Made by a program: the position numbers and the translations under genes
Assembly (NCBI GenBank): GCA_964016885.1
Contig: OZ024741.1
Location: forward strand, 99,448,001-99,512,000
Direction: 5' to 3'
Source of the DNA: Eledone cirrhosa
Lineage: Eukaryota
DNA length: 64,000 bases
Shown here: one piece after another, positions 56,695-64,000 of the stretch
How the letters are laid out: every line of letters begins with the position of its first letter
Position numbering within the stretch: the first letter of the stretch is position 1
The notes under the pieces: generated by a model
What the model was told of the DNA's origin: nothing
The model's database searches: none
What the model saw: only the letters and a program-made list of their open reading frames with translations

Positions 56695-57567
56695 CGGTCA
56701 GGGATTTTGGTCACGTTCCTTATATTTAAGTTACTTGAGATTTTATATATCCCCAGGGAACAATACTTTATCGACCTGGTAGTGATATATATTAAGATGT
56801 TCTATATATGTGATTGCTTTTCTGAATAAGTTGTCTTAAAGATATCTTTTCATTAAGATGTTTTGTATATTCGTGATGAATTTTAATTGTGTATAATTAA
56901 TATATATAGTATATGTTTTTTTGTTTTTGCTTTGGTTTTTGTTTTTTGGTTTTTGTTGTTGAAGCACTAAGTTTGATGTGCAGATCGATGCTGGAGTCCT
57001 GTCCATAGCTTCCACGGGTGACTTTGAGCCAATCATCTGTGGAAAGTATGTAACATGTCGGTAATCAATAAAAACATGCTAACGAAATTTCATGTTTATT
57101 TTTTCTTATATATACATACATGCACACACCTTTAACATAATGTTCGGTGAAAATCAGCAGACCCACGACCTGTCTGGGATGTCAGTCGTACCGCTACTTC
57201 AGGACTGACTCGGTTTGCGAAATCCCGTGTAACCCTTACTAGCAGGGAAAGTGAGTGTTAAATAATAATATGATGATGATGATGATGAATTTGGACTTTG
57301 AATTACAATGTATCCGGCAACTTTTTCAGTTTCAATTTCACAGGACGTAGTTCGAGCCAAAGCTATGGTAAAGAAGCTTGCTCAAGATGCTACGCAACGG
57401 GATTGAATTCAGAGAATTCGTGATTGCAAAGCGATTGTATTAACCGTTCAACCATGCATGCGTCCGTATTTCGGCTCTAGTAAATAATTAAAAATGATTA
57501 CTGATTGGTCGTCCCTCCTGATGCATGCTGGCAAATAAACTTCTGGTAGTCCGAAAAACCAGATACG

Positions 57568-57656
<89 letters not shown>

Positions 57657-57950
57657 ATATCTATATTTATATATAGTCATTCCTATAACTAACATGTAAC
57701 TTGTTAGAGACGAAATCATGTGGGAGAGAATGGTCGAGGAGTCAGAATCGGCATAAGCTTAATCCTCTAGAAACTAATTCACTGAACAGGTAACTCAGTA
57801 CATTGAACGAATTCTAGTAATAGACTGCATAGTCTCTTACCCCCACCCCACCACCACCACCACCCCTTCACTCTTTGAATCTCACTTTTTTTCTAATCAC
57901 CACACACAATCAGACGCCGATATCAAAATGTTTGCGTGTATGTTTATGCA

Positions 57951-58002
<52 letters not shown>

Positions 58003-58344
58003 TGCATAAACATACACATGCATAATACATGTGTAGTGTGTGTATATATATATATATATATATGTGTGTATATATATTTGTGTACGCGTGTGTATGTATG
58101 TGTGCATATATCGTGTGAGCGAGGAACTTTACCTGTTTAGTTGTCCATGAACCCATTCTAGTTCTGATCATGATGCGCACACACGCATACACACACCACA
58201 GACACGTGTATATGTATATATATTTATATATGTGCATATATGTATGTAAATATGTATATATATATATATATGTATGTATTATATAAATATGTATATATAT
58301 ATGTATGTATATAAATATGTATATATATATATGTATGTATATAA

Positions 58345-58389
<45 letters not shown>

Positions 58390-58619
58390 TTATTGATTTA
58401 TTGATATTTTATCTGAGTGACCCGAATCTTCTTGGTCGTAATTTTTCGGCTGCACGGGTGATTTTAGGCATAATCTTTGTGTGTTGGTATCTTAACGATA
58501 GTTATAGCTCTGATTTATCTGAATTATTGAGCCCTCTGCCACTCATGTCGGATTTTGTTTATCGTAAATTTGTGAGCTGATTTTTCGATACTCGATTATT
58601 CTATTATATATATATATCT

Positions 58620-58875
58620 ATCTATATCTATATCTATCTAAGACGGGTAAAATTCCCGAGATCCATGGACGAGTTCTCTCCAGCGGTCTCTGTCCCTCAT
58701 TATCGCTGCCATATCCTGCATCTCCAACAGACCAGTGTCTGTCCTTAGGGCATCAACATATGTTAACCTTGGTCTTCCTCTTCTAGTGTGTCCATGTAGG
58801 GGCTCCCAAAGGAGCACTGAGTGCAATGTCAACTCTGGATGTCGGTGAGCATGTCCAGCCAACCTCAGTCCCCTC
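58620..58875 (-). mobile_element. 3' fragment of an RTE/RTEX-like LINE
   Basis: LRLAGHAHRHPE...VLLWEP.HG..RRGRPRLTYVD...DRDRWR; TAGA-rich tail. Confidence 0.8.
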
Positions 58876-59291
58876 TGTATATATATATATATGCGGTGCC
58901 CCAGCATGGCCTCAGCCGGATGGCTGGATCAGGTAAAAGAGTAATGTATACATGTATGTATATAAATATGTGTATATATATATATAAATATGTATATATA
59001 TATATATGTATGTATGTATATAAATATGTGTATATATATATATGTGTGTGTGTATGTAAATATGTACATATATATATGTATGTGTATAAATATGTTTATA
59101 TATATGTATGTATCTATGTATATAAATATATATATATATATGTATGTATATATGTATATAAATATGTATATATATGTATATATATATGTATATATATATA
59201 TATATGTATATATGTATATAAATATGTATATATATGTATATAATATATATATATATATGTATGTATGTATATATGTATGTATATAAATATG

Positions 59292-59326
<35 letters not shown>

Positions 59327-59440
59327 ATATGTATGTATGTATATAAATATGTATATATATGTATATATGTATGTATGTATATATGTATGTATGTATATAA
59401 ATATGTATATATATGTATATATGTATATATATATATATAC

Positions 59441-59491
<51 letters not shown>

Positions 59492-59939
59492 TATACCCAC
59501 ACTCACAGAGTGAGAGAAGAGATATAAATATGCAGCATATTGCCTTAAACCGGCTCACCCTTGAAGTAAACTACAGGTGTATTTTCTACTCTAGGTTTTC
59601 CACCGTCGTGCAGTAACTGCTTGTCCATACTTCAACATATTATAACGTTATAACCATACGTAATATAATGTGTATATATATATAGTATCTACACGGAAAC
59701 AGCTGCCTTAACGTAACAATGTTTCCTGAGGTGTATTATAACATGTGCTGGAAAATATCTGCATGCATCCATGTAAACCTTAACTTAATTCTTCAGGTGC
59801 GCTAATTCACAGATCTATATTCATGCATGTATACATACATACATACATGCACACGAATACACACACATACGCACACACATATATATATTTATTTATAGAT
59901 ATCTTCTTTGGACTCCTGTACAGATAAACCTCAAAGTTA

Positions 59940-59979
<40 letters not shown>

Positions 59980-60104
59980 ACGTATGTATGCAGCATCCAA
60001 GTTGTAGGTTGCAATTTTGCACACAGGTAGCTAAAATTTCGTATAATGGTACACCATCTCAAGTTGTTCATGTGACAGTTTCTTATAACTTGAAAGTACA
60101 TTAC

Positions 60105-60135
60105 CTAGCAGTGATACCCGGCTTTACTCGGGTGC
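60105..60135 (-). mobile_element. Helitron 3' terminus
   Basis: The minus strand reads ACCCGAGTAAAGCCGGGT-ATCACTG-CTAG. Confidence 0.65.
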
Positions 60136-60191
60136 TAAATATGTAGAAAACAATTATTATTATTGTTATAATAAAGAAAGAATTATTGTTA

Positions 60192-60386
60192 TTATTTTGC
60201 GAAGGTGTTAAATTTCAGCATACCATTGAAATTTTTAACACCTTCGCAAAATAATTGTTTCTACTTTAGGCACAAGGCCAGCAATTACCCAGTAAAGTAC
60301 CAATAATGCACTGGGTAATTGCTGGCCTTGTGCCTAAAGTAGAAACAATTATTTTGCGAATGTGTTAAATTTCAATGGTATGCTGA
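60192..60386. repeat. Nested fold-back built from SINE A tails
   Basis: 60215-60292 is nearly the reverse complement of 60310-60386, and 60192-60212 pairs with 60232-60254. Confidence 0.85.
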
Positions 60387-61164
60387 GCCTGTTCTGTTTT
60401 TGCAGAGTGACGAAACCTTTTGGCTCTTATTTGTTCAGTATCATTAGTGATGTCTATACATACATTAGACAGTATATAGAAGGGCACGTATAAATTTGTT
60501 GGGTCCTCTATTTTGTGCTGGATAACTTGCCCACTTTTGGAGCTCCCAAATGATATCGTTTTATATTTTTATATTTTACATATATATTTTTCAACATACG
60601 TATGTTATCATTTTTTTTTTTTAATGTGTGTATTTTCTCTCGATATAAAAGACCCTAATGTCTTTGTAACGCCCCGTCTTTTTTTTTTTTTTGGTAACCC
60701 CCCCATTCCAGTCTTTACCTTTGTAGCAAACAACATCACGACAATCATGATTTCTTATTTAGGCACAATGCCGATAAAGCTGATTAACTCAACCCCAGTG
60801 CGTTACTAATGCTTTATTTTATCGACCCCGTAAGGATGAAAGGAAAACCTAACCTCGGCGGGATTTGAACGCAGAACGTAAATGGCCGTAACTAAATGCC
60901 ACAAAGCATGTCTGACGTTCTAACGATACTGCCAATCCAACGACCTTAAACTGGTTTCTGATTTACGCACAATGCCAGAAAATTTGATGGAAAGACAAAG
61001 TTAAGTCAACCCCAGTAGTAGACTGCTATTATATTTGAAAGGGTGAAAGGCAAAGTTGGCCATAGTGGGATTTGAACTCAGAACGTAAAGAGCCAAAACA
61101 AATACATGCGCAATGGCATTTTATCCGACATTCTATGAATTCTGCCTATCCACTATCCAATAAT

Positions 61165-61552
61165 AATTTCTTTATTTGCCACAGGAGCATCAGATGGCGG
61201 GGGTGAGGTTACATAGAAATCGGTAAAAATGATGAATTAAAAGAATAAATTTATAAATTTGGGATGTTTAGTATGCAAATATGATATACAGTCCACCTGG
61301 TACATCGGGACCTCTACCTAGACTAATTCGAGGAACCCTCATAGATGCATCATCACCTTGTCTACCAAGGGTCAATTCCCCCTGTCAGGTGTCATTGTCT
61401 AACCTACAGATAAATACTGAGATTAGACTCATTTACTCTTGGCATTTTCTCTACTTCTACCCATATTTTGACAATTTTACTGGAGGAGAGCACCTTCCTC
61501 TTCATCCTCACCTTCCTTTCCAGGAGAAACTCGAAAAAATCGGTAAGAAGTT
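61165..61552 (-). mobile_element. 3' fragment of a Tx1-family LINE related to 34541-38005
   Basis: DFFEFLLERKVRMKRKVLSS..IVKIWVEV is similar to the ORF2 tail at 34790-34925; shares the GTGGCAAATAAA end. Confidence 0.7.
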
Positions 61553-63139
61553 GACTGAAGAGGAATAACGTGAAAGAGTAGACGGGGGAGGATAAGGAAG
61601 ACGTGTATCATCATCATCGTCATCATATCTTCCAGTGCTCAGCAATGGCTTTATAAATCGTGTGATCTGAATAGGTCATTAATAATAATGTTCGATACGC
61701 GACATATGACTAAGCAGTTACTTATCAGATAAGAAAGTTTGTGTAGTGTTACATGCCATGAGAATGGGTTTACCATATCGTATTTTTTGTGGGGGCTCTA
61801 TGAATGTTATCAACGTACAACTTGATGTTGTATGTTAAATATGTTGCGGATGACGTTATGTCTCTCTATGTTGTAAATCCAGACATGTCGTCCTTGGGTT
61901 TTCTTTGGTTAGAATATGAACGATATTCAGATTAAACACAATTTATATACTGTAGACAATAACACCTAGACAATAACACCTAGACTTCACATAAACAAGC
62001 GATGGCTTCCATCGACAAATGACAAACGAGTAAACACCAAAAAGGTTCTCTGTATGTATGGCGGGTGCGTATTTATTTTTCATGTCAAGGACAATCTATT
62101 TTGTTTTGGGATTTTTTAATCTTTTTCATGTAAAACAAAAATGCATTCGTTTAACCTCAGACAAATACATTTCCGGGTAGTTACATGGTGAACTGTATAT
62201 TGAAAATTAGTATAACAGTTTTTGTGAGCTCATAAGTGACTGAAATCACCATTCCGCGATGTAATTATTCCAGTTTCGATCAAAGAACTCACCAAGCAAA
62301 TAAAAACGCCAAGTGTCCTTAGCTCCTACTAAAGTTGTAGTGAATCCGTCCTGACACACAGCGTGCCTTGGGAATGTTGTGAAGCTCATCCCTCTCCATG
62401 TCGTAACGTAGCCGATTTATTCTATAAAAAGAGGAAGAATCGACCTCAGTACTAAATTAGTACTTTATTTATCAAACCCGAAAAGAAGGAAAGGCAAAGT
62501 AAACCTCGTCGTGATTTCCACTCAGTGTTGTGAGCCGAACAAATGCCGAAGCATTTTTAATCCGATGCTCTTACAACTACCAATTCGCCGCCAAGCCAAT
62601 CACGTACATACTCCGAAATAATGGTTTCTGATTTAGGCACAAGCCCAACAATATTGGGTGGGGGTGGGGGAGTCGATTAAATTGACTCCAGTGGGTTACT
62701 GGTACTTTATTTTATCGACCTCGTAAGGGTGAAATCCAAAGCTAACCTAGGCGGAATTTGAACTCAGAACGTAAAGGACCGTAACTCAATGCTACAAAGC
62801 ATGGCGTCCAACTCTCTACTGAAATAATATAATATAATCAAATTTACATCACCAGTTGAAAAAATATCAGATGTGTGTGTATAGATTATATACAATCCTT
62901 AGTGCAAGTAACCTTTATATACAACGAGTCAACGAAAGACCACCTAAGTAGTCACTCGATCTAATATAAATAGCAACTAAATTTCCCTCATATTACACTA
63001 AATAATGTAGTTCTAGATGTACTATGTCTGAAAAAAAGGCGGATTTATCTTGACTTGACTTGTGGTTGACTATAGGCTTCTTGCTTTCATTAATATAGGT
63101 TGAATTGGAGTTAACATAGCCGATAAAACCCATTTCAGA

Positions 63140-64000
63140 AGAAATGACAATACTGTCGCTGTTATTACCCAGTGAGTGTCCTAACTATTCAACAAGTCAC
63201 ATCTCAATAAAATTGGCAATACTATCGCTGTTATTACCCCGTGGATGTCCTAAATATCCAATAAGTTACATCTCAGTAGACATGACAATGCTATCGCTGT
63301 TATTACCCCCGTGGGTGTCCTAAATATACAATAAGACACATCTCAGTAGACATGACAATACTATCGCTGTTATTACCCCGTGGATGTCCTAAATATCCAA
63401 TAAGACACATCTCAGTAGACATGACAATACTATCGCTGTTATTACCCCGTGGGTGTCCTAAATATCTAATAAGATATATCTCAGTAGACATGACAATACT
63501 ATCGCTGTTATTATCCCGTGGGTGTCCTAAATATCCAATAAGACTCATCTCAGTAGACATGACAATACTATCGCTGTTATTACGCCGTGGATGTCCTAAA
63601 TACCCAATAAGACACATCTCAGTAGACATGACAATACTATCGCTGTTATTACCCCGTGGATGTCCTAAATATCCAATAAGACACATCTCAGTAGACATGA
63701 CAATACTATCGCTGTTATTACCCCGTGGGTGTCCTAAATATCCAATAAGATACATCTCAGTAGACATGACAATACTATCGCTGTTATTACCCCGTGGGTG
63801 TCCTAAATATCCAATAAGACACATCTCAGTAGACATGACAATACTATCGCTGTTATTACCCCGTGGATGTCCTAAATATCCACTAAGACACATCTCAGTA
63901 GACATGACAATACTATCGCTGTTATTACCCCCGTGGATGTCCTAAATATCCACTAAGACACATCTCAGTAGACATGACAATACTATCGCTGTTATTACCC
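63140..64000. repeat. 69-bp tandem repeat (minisatellite), continues past the window end
   Basis: Unit CATGACAATACTATCGCTGTTATTACCCCGTGGRTGTCCTAAATATCCAATAAGACACATCTCAGTAGA. About 10-11 well-conserved copies plus two degenerate copies at the left edge. Confidence 0.97.

Noticed and set aside
61550-61590. CTGAAGA...GAAA at ~61555
   Set aside because: Helices I and II do not pair.
63140-64000. CRISPR-like appearance of the regular array
   Set aside because: Whole units are repeated with no unique spacers, there are no cas genes, and the context is eukaryotic.

Overview
Very AT-rich, repeat-dominated eukaryotic DNA with huge (TA)n, (CA)n and (GA)n microsatellites. The SINE and microsatellite make-up suggests a cephalopod (Octopus-like) genome; this is an inference, not verified. 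No intact host gene could be identified, and almost all ORFs in the track are microsatellite noise. Recognisable content: a decayed Penelope-like retroelement (RT + GIY-YIG); RTE, Tx1/L1, CR1-like, RTEX-like and CRE-like LINE remnants; a Helitron Rep/helicase relic and non-autonomous Helitrons; several hAT MITEs with 8-bp TSDs; three tRNA-derived SINE families; a 5S rRNA pseudogene; and a 69-bp tandem array at the right edge. The main unannotated signal is nine minimal type-I hammerhead-ribozyme motifs from five unrelated sequence families, plus relics. Most have a self-complementary helix III, and several sit inside long fold-back (palindromic or inverted-repeat) elements embedded in (TA)n tracts. 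This suggests a set of non-autonomous, ribozyme-bearing, Penelope-mobilised elements.
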